A DNA stretch of 64,000 nt from Ignavibacteriota bacterium. Its GTDB lineage: Bacteria > Bacteroidota > Ignavibacteria > Palsa-1295. The translations under genes were made by a program, and so were the position numbers. This document shows, one piece after another, positions 21,101 to 29,998 of this stretch (within the stretch, counting starts at the first letter, position 1; every line of letters begins with the position of its first letter). The stretch spans positions 476,369 to 540,368 of the forward strand of contig CAWBEI010000002.1 in NCBI GenBank assembly GCA_963787835.1. The letters run 5' to 3'. Under the pieces are notes generated by a model that was given only the letters and a program-made list of their open reading frames with translations, was not told the origin of the DNA and ran no database searches.

Positions 21101-23791
21101 CGTGATATTGCTCGTCGCAACCGTATCGTGGATCCCGGATGAATACACGAAAAAGTTGTGCTCGTTGTAGATACGAACCGCCGAGCACGAGTCGTTCGCG
21201 AACATCCCGTTCCCGTGGATCACCAGATCCTTCAGCGTGATGTTGCTTGCACCGTATTCGATACCGAAGACCGCACCCGCCTTCGTCTCGTTGCTGACGA
21301 TCGTCAAGCCGCGCTTCAAGGGCTCTGCCGTCACCTTGTCCGGGGACGGAACCGTCGACGGGTTATAGCCCTCGAAGTTCATATAACCAGGGAAGTGGTC
21401 GCCCATGTAAAAACAGAATGGCTGTGAGCCGCTGAACGTGATCGTCGGATTTTGGCCCGGATATGGGATCCATGTTACCGTCGAACTCGCCGAAAGGCCG
21501 TTGATCTGGCCAAGGTCCACCGCGCCATACGGAGAGGCCACATCGGTGTTCCCGTTCTCCGTGTAGGACGCATCCGTCAGGATCATCCGTACGTTCGCTC
21601 CGATACCGCGGAACCGCATCGTGTCCACCGCCTGATGGATCGTCTGGAACTGGCGCCCTACGCCCACATAGTAATCGCCCTTCAAACGGTCGATGATCGA
21701 AAACTGCGTGCACGACGTGTCGTTCGTCTGGTTCTCGTCGCTGCCCGCGCTGCTGCTGAAGTCTGCGATCGCGCACAGCGTGTAGCATCCCGGCGGGATC
21801 GTCGCGATCGTGTGGTATGCACCCGCGTTCGCTGTCGTTGGAAACTTGAACAGCACCTGACCCTGGTCGATGTTCAAGGCATCTTCTACCGTATCCGACT
21901 GGAATGCCAGCAACCCATCCGAACAACGGCGGATCTGGCAACGGATCTTGAAGCTGAACAGGTCCGATACACCCACCGACTGGAACAGCGCCGATGGCTG
22001 CCACGTCGTCAAATACGGCTTCTCTTCACCCGGCTGAGGGTTGAACACTCCCACCGAGGCCGCATCGTAAAGTGGAAGGATCGGCGTCGGAGATTTCGTC
22101 GTGTCGTCCGCACGCAGCTGATCGTTACCCATGATCGCAATACCGAAGACCGTATCCACGCCCAGCGTCACCGGAGTCCACGTCGGGCTTGAAGGGAACG
22201 CCGTATCGTAATACGCGCCTCTACCCGGACCCTGACCGCTCGAGGAATAATCCGTCACCCCATCCGAGTTGCCACCCATTGGGCCGGAAGGCCAGTATGG
22301 GATCACGACCGTGTCACGGAAGACCACTTTGCCCGTCGCGTCGTGTACCGTTGCCGTCACCGGTACATTGTATTGCGTGTCCGTTCCAAGGTTACGGAAA
22401 CGGATCGAGATCGGCGTCGCAATATCCACCTGAGTACGGGAACCCGCCGGAGGATTGATCACCGAGACCCCCTTGATATCGTTCGGTGGAGCGCACGTCC
22501 ACTCATCCGTCGATTGGTTGTCCGATGGATCCTGATCTGCCGTCGGCTGCAGATTGAACACCGTCATCGTGTCCTCGTAAATACCGTAGCCCGTGCTCTG
22601 CGCTTCGCCGAACTGCGCCGGTTCGCCAGGTGCGAACGCCGGGAACGTGATCGTCGTCTGGCTGAACCCTGCCGGGATCTGCGAGCTGTTCAGCGTGATC
22701 GTCTGATTATACACCTGGCCTACGCCATACTCCGAGATCGTGAAGTTCACCTGGCACGACGTCGAGACCTGGGAACCCGAATTAGCAAGGATCGCCGTTG
22801 GGGTGAAATACGTATTGATCGCCTGTGGAGTTTCGCTGGCAGGATTGGTGATCGTACCGGCCGTCAGATTATATGGCCAAGCAATCGCGATGCGGTAACT
22901 GACCTGCGGGAGCAACGGCTCCGTCGCGTTGTCTTCCGCATATCCGTAATAATCGACGATCGGCTGATTCGATGGGTTGCCGCCGTTGCCGTTCCAGCCA
23001 ATGGTCAGGAAGTCGCCGCCGCCCGATCCCTTAATGCCGGTCAGGCCGCTGTAAGCTTCAATAAGCCAGCCGCCATAGGAGTAATAGTAACCCCAGCTCG
23101 AATTAAATGTACCACTCTGTGGACCATAATTGAATTGGAAACTCGATATACCGCTTTCATAGACAACAGCCTGAAAATCTCCATTGAGGCCGGCCGAAGA
23201 GCCGTATTCATATGCATAAAGGCCGAGGGTCTGCACGACGAGCTCGCGGTTCGGGGCAGAGCCTAAAACGGCATAAGAGCAATTCGGAGCCGGACCATAC
23301 GTGAGGAAGCCCTCGAACGGTGCTAGCTTATAGTTTGGATAATAGGACTCATAAGGAGCATAGTCATATTCACTCTCCAAAAAATCATACTCATAATCCT
23401 CGTACACATAGCCATACTCACTCAGATAAAAAAAATCGGCATCATAATCGTACGCATAGTTGGCGGTCCAAGTGGGGCTAAAGATGACAGAACCGTATGA
23501 ATTAACTTCAAAATTGCCGGTGGTGGCGATCTGTTGGTTTTCAAACCGGAACGCGAACGGCACCGTATAACTCGGAGACATCTGATAATAATATCCCAGA
23601 CCCGAGACCGCCGTTCCGCTGATCGCACTCCAGTTCGGGCCTGAACCCAAACCCTGAGCATCAGGCGTCGTGATCATGTGCACAAGATAGCTTCTCATAG
23701 AGTACGTTTGCGCACGCACGACCCCGGTGGAAATCAAGCCGAACGCAACGAGCATGATTAGGAAAGCGTAGAGTTTTTTCATAGACTTCAA
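18173..23791 (-). CDS. Giant (1,872 aa) secreted T9SS cargo protein: Tyr/Gly/Ser-rich N-terminal region, right-handed parallel beta-helix (pectate-lyase-like), FN3 domain, and T9SS type-A C-terminal sorting domain
   Basis: Signal peptide. Beta-helix-like repeats (…NITLKDLVIHGNG…, …NNCELGNAKYGIYDHG…). An FN3-like block (…RIAAVDETGAETYS…). The C-terminus …LRVMDVTGKVV…GSYLYEMTATGADGRSATLSSKLTIEKQ is the sorting domain. Confidence 0.85.
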   Translation of the reverse strand: MKSMKKLYAFLIMLVAFGLISTGVVRAQTYSMRSYLVHMITTPDAQGLGSGPNWSAISGTAVSGLGYYYQMSPSYTVPFAFRFENQQIATTGNFEVNSYGSVIFSPTWTANYAYDYDADFFYLSEYGYVYEDYEYDFLESEYDYAPYESYYPNYKLAPFEGFLTYGPAPNCSYAVLGSAPNRELVVQTLGLYAYEYGSSAGLNGDFQAVVYESGISSFQFNYGPQSGTFNSSWGYYYSYGGWLIEAYSGLTGIKGSGGGDFLTIGWNGNGGNPSNQPIVDYYGYAEDNATEPLLPQVSYRIAIAWPYNLTAGTITNPASETPQAINTYFTPTAILANSGSQVSTSCQVNFTISEYGVGQVYNQTITLNSSQIPAGFSQTTITFPAFAPGEPAQFGEAQSTGYGIYEDTMTVFNLQPTADQDPSDNQSTDEWTCAPPNDIKGVSVINPPAGSRTQVDIATPISIRFRNLGTDTQYNVPVTATVHDATGKVVFRDTVVIPYWPSGPMGGNSDGVTDYSSSGQGPGRGAYYDTAFPSSPTWTPVTLGVDTVFGIAIMGNDQLRADDTTKSPTPILPLYDAASVGVFNPQPGEEKPYLTTWQPSALFQSVGVSDLFSFKIRCQIRRCSDGLLAFQSDTVEDALNIDQGQVLFKFPTTANAGAYHTIATIPPGCYTLCAIADFSSSAGSDENQTNDTSCTQFSIIDRLKGDYYVGVGRQFQTIHQAVDTMRFRGIGANVRMILTDASYTENGNTDVASPYGAVDLGQINGLSASSTVTWIPYPGQNPTITFSGSQPFCFYMGDHFPGYMNFEGYNPSTVPSPDKVTAEPLKRGLTIVSNETKAGAVFGIEYGASNITLKDLVIHGNGMFANDSCSAVRIYNEHNFFVYSSGIHDTVATSNITVNNCELGNAKYGIYDHGYHDAYDPVKGAYTTWRNYNDVITRNTVGTSSNPLSYAGIQFNSETGIVISHNEISNVNANVVPQGGGATWNVYGIVQPNMNTYIGPPSNPQWAGDTGNVTGAWIDANRIRIMTSAAGNTHGIALQQSSWQYTSTGLTNVKSTLPAVTQNRLTNNMILDLRTSAGKVFPILMTTISSTSGTVPYSTDKDSVFNNSISTNNATSNITIKYAKHAFIWNNIFQNTGTGPYTNYNLEVPRPYASSISSDYNVFDLRGTNVFDSVTEYDARYGTVFQSLYFRRLNDWRTYVGQDSHSLSGDPLFGTPAMGVDSLHMPPALTYIESPASNNGAWLGTSSEAHDFDGDVRSQNNPSPDIGADEWDGFQFTNDLAVLEISQPGGFSQTSDTSLVTTESPLWITGVVKNLSSVGVYSQKVTATVQRSVNGVWTTVYTGTSAPLTWQVGESKSVAFQGPALTASNSTGVFRVTVSVPNDQNDANNSQTKTFTILLKQNAVLLSYNGAASDGRQNRDSVIAALNRLGVPFDTIDRNAPKGLPNTTIIDYTPWWTIVWSSGDPGVAPVAGQSTGQGGPTLQETDEITRYLGAGQSYAKKSLVIAGQHIAYYNGYVQSNNPVTDTQWMQSTMHTQYVANYPTSSSYIGRIVGQQPAYWTFADSLSIPVNPNGSDCEECSTDLTSSLTPNVIMPSLTTPAVGPKVNGYAYTYSNYSYSNPNNGAGVSYYDPLVNTVFYAFDWANPHQTSPSTAAQDALTSGTTRTLAAAFAFFRSHNGTILPIDNVSASIQRVSGNAATITWDVVGLPNVVRYDVEQQNQNSWTVLHPVTAVADQTDYASSITGLDPSQSYTYRIAAVDETGAETYSNTVELGPDASQLGFTLGQSYPNPSAGVTEVSFTLPEASQVTLRVMDVTGKVVNSEVTNQSFEAGTQNVKLDLTSLPSGSYLYEMTATGADGRSATLSSKLTIEKQ

Positions 23792-24034
23792 TGAATGGAA
23801 AAATAAGTGACTACAAATCGTTTTGCCCCAAAGGACGACCAGTTAAATAAAATAATACCTCAAGAATCGACCGGTTTTCCCCCAAGTATTTAACTCGACA
23901 CGCCAGAACCACCGAAAGTTACATCCCGTTCTCAATTTTTTTGAAAATTTCTTAGAGAATCCTAAAACTAAGGCTTTGTCATATCTCCTTTGGCAACCCA
24001 CAATTTTATATTGTATTTACTGCGTTTAAATTGG

Positions 24035-24068
24035 GACTGCCCGCCGTGGATAACCACGGTGGGCAGTC
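24035..24068. terminator. Second copy of the hairpin terminator, downstream of giant gene 2
   Basis: Same sequence as 18076-18109; part of the duplicated unit. Confidence 0.6.
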
Positions 24069-24130
24069 GCTTGATTTCGGTTGGGATGTTTTTTGCTTCC
24101 CGTATGTCCGTCTTACCGAGCTTTCCCGTC

Positions 24131-27100
24131 TTACTGTTTTTCGATGGTGAGCTTGCTCGAGAGCGTGGCGCTGCGGCCGTCGGCTCCGGTGGCGGTCATC
24201 TCATAGAGATAGCTGCCGCTCGGTAGCGAGGTCAGGTCGAGCTTCACGTTCTGGGTGCCCGCCTCGAACGACTGGTTCGTCACCTCGCTGTTGACCACCT
24301 TGCCCGTCACGTCCATCACCCGCAGCGTTACCTGCGAGGCTTCCGGAAGCGTGAACGATACCTCCGTCACACCGGCCGAGGGATTCGGATAGCTCTGGCC
24401 CAGTGTAAAGCCAAGCTGGCTTGCATCCGGACCCAGTTCCACCGTATTCGAGTACGTCTCCGCACCCGTCTCATCGACCGCCGCAATGCGGTACGTGTAC
24501 GACTGCGAAGGATCCAGACCCGTGATCGAGGAGGCATAGTCCGTCTGATCCGCGACCGCCGTCACCGGATGCAGCACCGTCCAGCTGTTCTGGTTCTGCT
24601 GCTCCACATCGTAGCGTACCACGTTCGGCAAGCCTACCACATCCCACGTGATCGTCGCGGCATTACCGCTGACCCGCTGAATGCTCGCACTCACATTGTC
24701 GATCGGTAGGATCGTACCATTGTGACTGCGGAAGAAGGCAAAGGCTGCTGCAAGCGTTCGTGTCGTACCGCTCGTCAATGCATCCTGTGCCGCCGTGCTC
24801 GGAGACGTCTGGTGCGGGTTCGCCCAGTCAAAGGCATAGAACACCGTGTTCACCAGGGGATCGTAATACGATACACCCGCTCCATTGTTCGGATTGCTGT
24901 ACGAGTAGTTCGAGTACGTGTACGCATACCCGTTGACCTTCGGACCCACCGCAGGCGTCGTCAGGGATGGCATGATCACGTTCGGTGTCAGGCTCGAGGT
25001 CAGATCCGTCGAGCATTCCTCGCAGTCACTCCCGTTCGGATTGACCGGGATCGAAAGGCTGTCCGCAAACGTCCAGTACGCCGGCTGCTGGCCCACGATC
25101 CGGCCAATATACGAGGAACTCGTCGGGTAGTTCGCCACATACTGTGTGTGCATCGTCGATTGCATCCATTGCGTATCCGTCACCGGATTGTTCGACTGCA
25201 CATACCCATTGTAGTAGGCAATGTGCTGGCCCGCGATCACAAGGCTCTTCTTCGCATAGCTCTGCCCTGCGCCCAGATACCGCGTGATCTCATCCGTCTC
25301 CTGCAGCGTCGGACCGCCCTGACCCGTCGACTGACCGGCAACCGGGGCAACGCCCGGATCGCCGCTCGACCACACGATCGTCCACCACGGCGTGTAATCG
25401 ATGATCGTCGTGTTCGGAAGGCCCTTCGGAGCGTTACGGTCGATCGTGTCGAACGGTACCCCTAATCGGTTCAACGCCGCGATCACCGAATCACGGTTCT
25501 GACGGCCATCCGAGGCCGCACCATTATAGGAAAGCAATACCGCATTCTGCTTCAACAGGATCGTAAACGTCTTCGTCTGCGAGTTGTTCGCGTCGTTCTG
25601 GTCGTTCGGGACGCTCACCGTTACCCGGAACACCCCCGTGCTGTTCGACGCCGTCAACGCCGGACCCTGGAACGCGACGCTCTTCGACTCGCCCACCTGC
25701 CACGTCAACGGGGCAGACGTGCCCGTATACACCGTCGTCCATACACCATTGACCGAACGCTGCACCGTCGCCGTGACCTTCTGGCTATAGACGCCTACGC
25801 TCGATAGGTTCTTCACCACGCCCGTGATCCATAACGGACTCTCCGTCGTCACTAAGGACGTGTCGCTCGTCTGCGAGAACCCGCCCGGCTGTGAGATCTC
25901 TAAGACCGCAAGATCGTTCGTGAACTGGAACCCGTCCCATTCATCCGCCCCGATGTCCGGGCTCGGATTGTTCTGCGAACGAACGTCTCCGTCGAAATCA
26001 TGAGCCTCCGACGACGTACCAAGCCACGCGCCGTTGTTCGAGGCCGGACTTTCGATGTACGTCAAGGCCGGTGGCATGTGCAACGAATCCACTCCCATCG
26101 CTGGCGTACCGAACAACGGATCGCCCGATAACGAGTGGCTGTCCTGACCCACATACGTACGCCAGTCGTTCAAACGGCGGAAGTACAGGCTCTGGAATAC
26201 CGTCCCATACCGTGCGTCGTACTCCGTCACCGAGTCGAAGACGTTCGTGCCACGCAAATCGAATACGTTATAGTCCGAACTGATCGAACTTGCATACGGA
26301 CGAGGTACCTCTAAGTTGTAGTTCGTGTACGGACCGGTGCCCGTGTTCTGGAAAATGTTGTTCCAGATGAACGCGTGCTTCGCGTATTTGATCGTGATGT
26401 TCGATGTCGCGTTGTTCGTCGAGATCGAGTTGTTGAACACCGAATCCTTGTCCGTCGAATACGGAACCGTGCCCGACGTCGAAGAGATCGTCGTCATCAG
26501 GATCGGGAACACCTTCCCCGCGCTCGTACGAAGGTCTAAGATCATGTTGTTCGTCAATCGGTTCTGCGTTACCGCCGGTAACGTCGATTTCACATTCGTC
26601 AGACCCGTGCTCGTGTACTGCCACGACGACTGCTGCAGCGCGATCCCATGCGTGTTGCCCGCTGCCGATGTCATGATACGGATCCGGTTCGCATCGATCC
26701 AGGCACCCGTCACGTTACCCGTGTCACCCGCCCACTGAGGGTTCGAAGGCGGGCCGATGTACGTGTTCATGTTCGGCTGTACAATGCCATACACATTCCA
26801 CGTCGCTCCGCCGCCCTGCGGTACTACGTTCGCGTTCACGTTCGAGATCTCGTTGTGTGAGATCACGATCCCGGTCTCGCTGTTGAACTGGATGCCCGCG
26901 TACGATAATGGGTTCGACGACGTACCTACCGTGTTCCGCGTGATCACGTCATTGTAGTTGCGCCACGTCGTGTACGCACCCTTCACCGGATCGTACGCAT
27001 CGTGGTACCCGTGATCGTAGATCCCATACTTCGCATTGCCAAGCTCGCAATTATTAACCACGAGATTGTTCATCGCTACGGTATCGCGAATACCCGAGCC

Positions 27101-29791
27101 ATAGACATAGAAGTTGTGCTCGTTGTAGATACGGACCGCCGAGCACGAGTCGTTCGCGAACATCCCGTTCCCGTGGATCACCAGATCCTTCAGCGTGATG
27201 TTGCTCGCACCGTATTCGATACCGAAGACCGCACCCGCCTTCGTCTCGTTGCTGACGATCGTCAAGCCGCGCTTCAAGGGCTCGGCCGTCACCTTGTCCG
27301 GGGACGGAACCGTCGACGGGTTATAGCCCTCGAAGTTCATATAACCAGGGAAGTGGTCGCCCATGTAAAAACAGAATGGCTGTGAGCCGCTGAACGTGAT
27401 CGTCGGATTTTGGCCCGGATATGGGATCCACGTCACCGTCGAACTCGCCGAAAGGCCGTTGATCTGGCCAAGGTCCACCGCGCCATACGGAGAGGCCACA
27501 TCGGTGTTCCCGTTCTCCGTGTAGGACGCATCCGTCAGGATCATCCGTACGTTCGCTCCGATACCGCGGAACCGCATCGTGTCCACCGCCTGATGGATCG
27601 TCTGGAACTGGCGCCCTACGCCCACATAGTAATCGCCCTTCAAACGGTCAATGATCGAAAACTGCGTGCACGACGTGTCGTTCGTCTGGTTCTCGTCGCT
27701 GCCCGCGCTGCTGCTGAAGTCTGCGATCGCGCACAGCGTGTAGCATCCCGGCGGGATCGTCGCGATCGTGTGGTATGCACCCGCGTTCGCTGTCGTTGGA
27801 AACTTGAACAGCACCTGACCCTGGTCGATGTTCAAGGCATCTTCTACCGTATCCGACTGGAATGCCAGCAACCCATCCGAACAACGGCGGATCTGGCAAC
27901 GGATCTTGAAGCTGAACAGGTCCGATACACCCACCGACTGGAACAGCGCCGATGGCTGCCACGTCGTCAAATACGGCTTCTCTTCACCCGGCTGAGGGTT
28001 GAACACTCCCACCGAGGCCGCATCGTAAAGTGGAAGGATCGGCGTCGGAGATTTCGTCGTGTCGTCCGCACGCAGCTGATCGTTACCCATGATCGCAATA
28101 CCGAAGACCGTATCCACGCCCAGCGTCACCGGAGTCCACGTCGGGCTTGAAGGGAACGCCGTATCGTAATACGCGCCTCTGCCCGGACCCTGACCGCTCG
28201 AGGAATAATCCGTCACCCCATCCGAGTTGCCACCCATTGGGCCGGAAGGCCAGTAAGGGATCACGACCGTGTCACGGAAGACCACTTTGCCCGTCGCGTC
28301 GTGTACCGTTGCCGTCACCGGTACATTGTATTGCGTGTCCGTTCCAAGGTTACGGAAACGGATCGAGATCGGCGTAGCAATATCCACCTGGGTTCGGGAA
28401 CCCGCCGGAGGATTGATCACCGAGACCCCCTTGATGTCGTTCGGTGGAGCGCACGTCCACTCATCCGTCGATTGGTTGTCTGCGGGATCCTGATCTGCCG
28501 TCGGCTGTAGATTGAACACCGTCATCGTGTCCTCGTAGATCCCATAGCCCGTGCTTTGGGCTTCGCCGAACTGCGCCGCCTGACCTGGCGCAAACTGCGG
28601 GAACGTGATCGTCGAATTGCTGAACGCCGCCGGGATCTGCGAGCTGTTCAGGGTGATCGTCTGATTATATACCTGGCCTACGCCATACTCCGAGATCGTG
28701 AAGTTCACCTGGCACGACGTTGAGACCTGCGAACCCGAATTTGTAAGGATCGCCGTTGGGGTGAAGTTCGTATTGATCGCCTGTGGAGTTTCGCTGGCAG
28801 GATTGGTGATCGTACCAGCCGTCAGATCGTACGGCCAAGCGATGAACACACGATAGCTCGATTGCGGGAGCAGAGGCTCCGTCGCGTTGTCTTCCGCTGC
28901 ATAGCCATAGGCAAAACTGGTGTAGCCACTATTAGAATAATTATTGCAGTATTGAACCAACGGTTGATTCGAAGGGCTGCCGCCGTTGCCGTTCCAGCCG
29001 ATCGTCAGGTAATTACCGCCTGTGGATTTGACGGCAGTGTAGCCCGAGTATGATTCGATCAGCCAGCCGCCATAGGAGTAATAATACCCCCAGCTTGAGT
29101 TCCACGTCCCGGTCATCGGACCATAATTGAACTGGAAGTTCGAGATCCCTGACTCATAGACAACCGTCTGCCAGCTTCCAAAACATTGTGATAAGCCATA
29201 ATAATAAGAGGGTACAGCATCGGCCTCTACGACAAGCTCACGATTCGGAGCCGAGCCGAGAACCGTATAGAGCACGTTATAGCCAGAGCTGGGGCCATCT
29301 GTCAAAAACCCTTCGAAGGGGGCCAGCCTGTAATTGCCGTAATAGGAGTACCCGTAGTTGTAATCCTCTTCGTTCTCATAGAGGCAGTATGGAATGTAGT
29401 CATACACGTACCCATATTCACTTAGAAAAAACCAATCGTACCCACCGTAATCGTAGTTGGCAGTGCTGGGCCAGGTGGGGCTGAACACGACCGTGCCATA
29501 GTTGTTAAACCGGAACGTGTTTGTCGTCGCGATCTGCGTGTTTAAGAACCGGAATGCAAACGGCACCTGATAGGCCGCCGACATTTGTTCGCCATCGTAC
29601 TGCGATGACAATCCGCCGCTGGTGCCTGTGACGGAATGCCAGTTCGAGCCGGAACCTAATCCCTGCGGATCAGGCGTATCGACCTTCCGGACGAAGTAGC
29701 TGGTCATCGTGTACGTTTGCGCCTGCGCAACCTCGGAGGAAATGATTCCGAGCGCGAAAAGCGCGAGAAGAAAAGCGTAGAGTTTTTTCAT
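24131..29791 (-). CDS. Giant (1,886 aa) secreted T9SS cargo protein, tandem paralog of 18173..23791. Identical over the C-terminal ~1,560 aa except one ~25-aa patch; the N-terminal ~300 aa are diverged
   Basis: The reverse-frame ORFs in the six-frame track are sequence-identical between the copies (for example 18764..19507 and 24722..25465). Same domain order as gene 1. Confidence 0.85.
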   Translation of the reverse strand: MKKLYAFLLALFALGIISSEVAQAQTYTMTSYFVRKVDTPDPQGLGSGSNWHSVTGTSGGLSSQYDGEQMSAAYQVPFAFRFLNTQIATTNTFRFNNYGTVVFSPTWPSTANYDYGGYDWFFLSEYGYVYDYIPYCLYENEEDYNYGYSYYGNYRLAPFEGFLTDGPSSGYNVLYTVLGSAPNRELVVEADAVPSYYYGLSQCFGSWQTVVYESGISNFQFNYGPMTGTWNSSWGYYYSYGGWLIESYSGYTAVKSTGGNYLTIGWNGNGGSPSNQPLVQYCNNYSNSGYTSFAYGYAAEDNATEPLLPQSSYRVFIAWPYDLTAGTITNPASETPQAINTNFTPTAILTNSGSQVSTSCQVNFTISEYGVGQVYNQTITLNSSQIPAAFSNSTITFPQFAPGQAAQFGEAQSTGYGIYEDTMTVFNLQPTADQDPADNQSTDEWTCAPPNDIKGVSVINPPAGSRTQVDIATPISIRFRNLGTDTQYNVPVTATVHDATGKVVFRDTVVIPYWPSGPMGGNSDGVTDYSSSGQGPGRGAYYDTAFPSSPTWTPVTLGVDTVFGIAIMGNDQLRADDTTKSPTPILPLYDAASVGVFNPQPGEEKPYLTTWQPSALFQSVGVSDLFSFKIRCQIRRCSDGLLAFQSDTVEDALNIDQGQVLFKFPTTANAGAYHTIATIPPGCYTLCAIADFSSSAGSDENQTNDTSCTQFSIIDRLKGDYYVGVGRQFQTIHQAVDTMRFRGIGANVRMILTDASYTENGNTDVASPYGAVDLGQINGLSASSTVTWIPYPGQNPTITFSGSQPFCFYMGDHFPGYMNFEGYNPSTVPSPDKVTAEPLKRGLTIVSNETKAGAVFGIEYGASNITLKDLVIHGNGMFANDSCSAVRIYNEHNFYVYGSGIRDTVAMNNLVVNNCELGNAKYGIYDHGYHDAYDPVKGAYTTWRNYNDVITRNTVGTSSNPLSYAGIQFNSETGIVISHNEISNVNANVVPQGGGATWNVYGIVQPNMNTYIGPPSNPQWAGDTGNVTGAWIDANRIRIMTSAAGNTHGIALQQSSWQYTSTGLTNVKSTLPAVTQNRLTNNMILDLRTSAGKVFPILMTTISSTSGTVPYSTDKDSVFNNSISTNNATSNITIKYAKHAFIWNNIFQNTGTGPYTNYNLEVPRPYASSISSDYNVFDLRGTNVFDSVTEYDARYGTVFQSLYFRRLNDWRTYVGQDSHSLSGDPLFGTPAMGVDSLHMPPALTYIESPASNNGAWLGTSSEAHDFDGDVRSQNNPSPDIGADEWDGFQFTNDLAVLEISQPGGFSQTSDTSLVTTESPLWITGVVKNLSSVGVYSQKVTATVQRSVNGVWTTVYTGTSAPLTWQVGESKSVAFQGPALTASNSTGVFRVTVSVPNDQNDANNSQTKTFTILLKQNAVLLSYNGAASDGRQNRDSVIAALNRLGVPFDTIDRNAPKGLPNTTIIDYTPWWTIVWSSGDPGVAPVAGQSTGQGGPTLQETDEITRYLGAGQSYAKKSLVIAGQHIAYYNGYVQSNNPVTDTQWMQSTMHTQYVANYPTSSSYIGRIVGQQPAYWTFADSLSIPVNPNGSDCEECSTDLTSSLTPNVIMPSLTTPAVGPKVNGYAYTYSNYSYSNPNNGAGVSYYDPLVNTVFYAFDWANPHQTSPSTAAQDALTSGTTRTLAAAFAFFRSHNGTILPIDNVSASIQRVSGNAATITWDVVGLPNVVRYDVEQQNQNSWTVLHPVTAVADQTDYASSITGLDPSQSYTYRIAAVDETGAETYSNTVELGPDASQLGFTLGQSYPNPSAGVTEVSFTLPEASQVTLRVMDVTGKVVNSEVTNQSFEAGTQNVKLDLTSLPSGSYLYEMTATGADGRSATLSSKLTIEKQ

Positions 29792-29998
29792 AGACTTCTA
29801 ATGAATGGAAAATAAGTGACTACAATTCTGTTGCCCGAAGGATGGCCGGTTATTCAAAACAATACCAAAAGAACCGGAGGGTTTCCCCCAGGTATTTACT
29901 CGACACGCCAAAACCACCGAAAGTTACATCCAGTTCACGATTTTTTATGTATTCTTAAGGAGTGCCTGGGATAAGCAGGGAAATTCTTTCTAAAGATC

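Larger units (their letters stand above)
18063..29998. repeat. Tandem direct duplication, 2 x ~5.96 kb units. Each unit is promoter + giant gene + terminator. The 3' ~4.8 kb is near-identical and the 5' ~1.1 kb plus promoter is ~75-80% identical
   Basis: Stop codons are 5,958 nt apart and terminator hairpins 5,959 nt apart. Complementary-strand ORFs are duplicated residue-for-residue. The upstream regions 23792-23990 and 29792-29998 are homologous but diverged. Confidence 0.9.
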
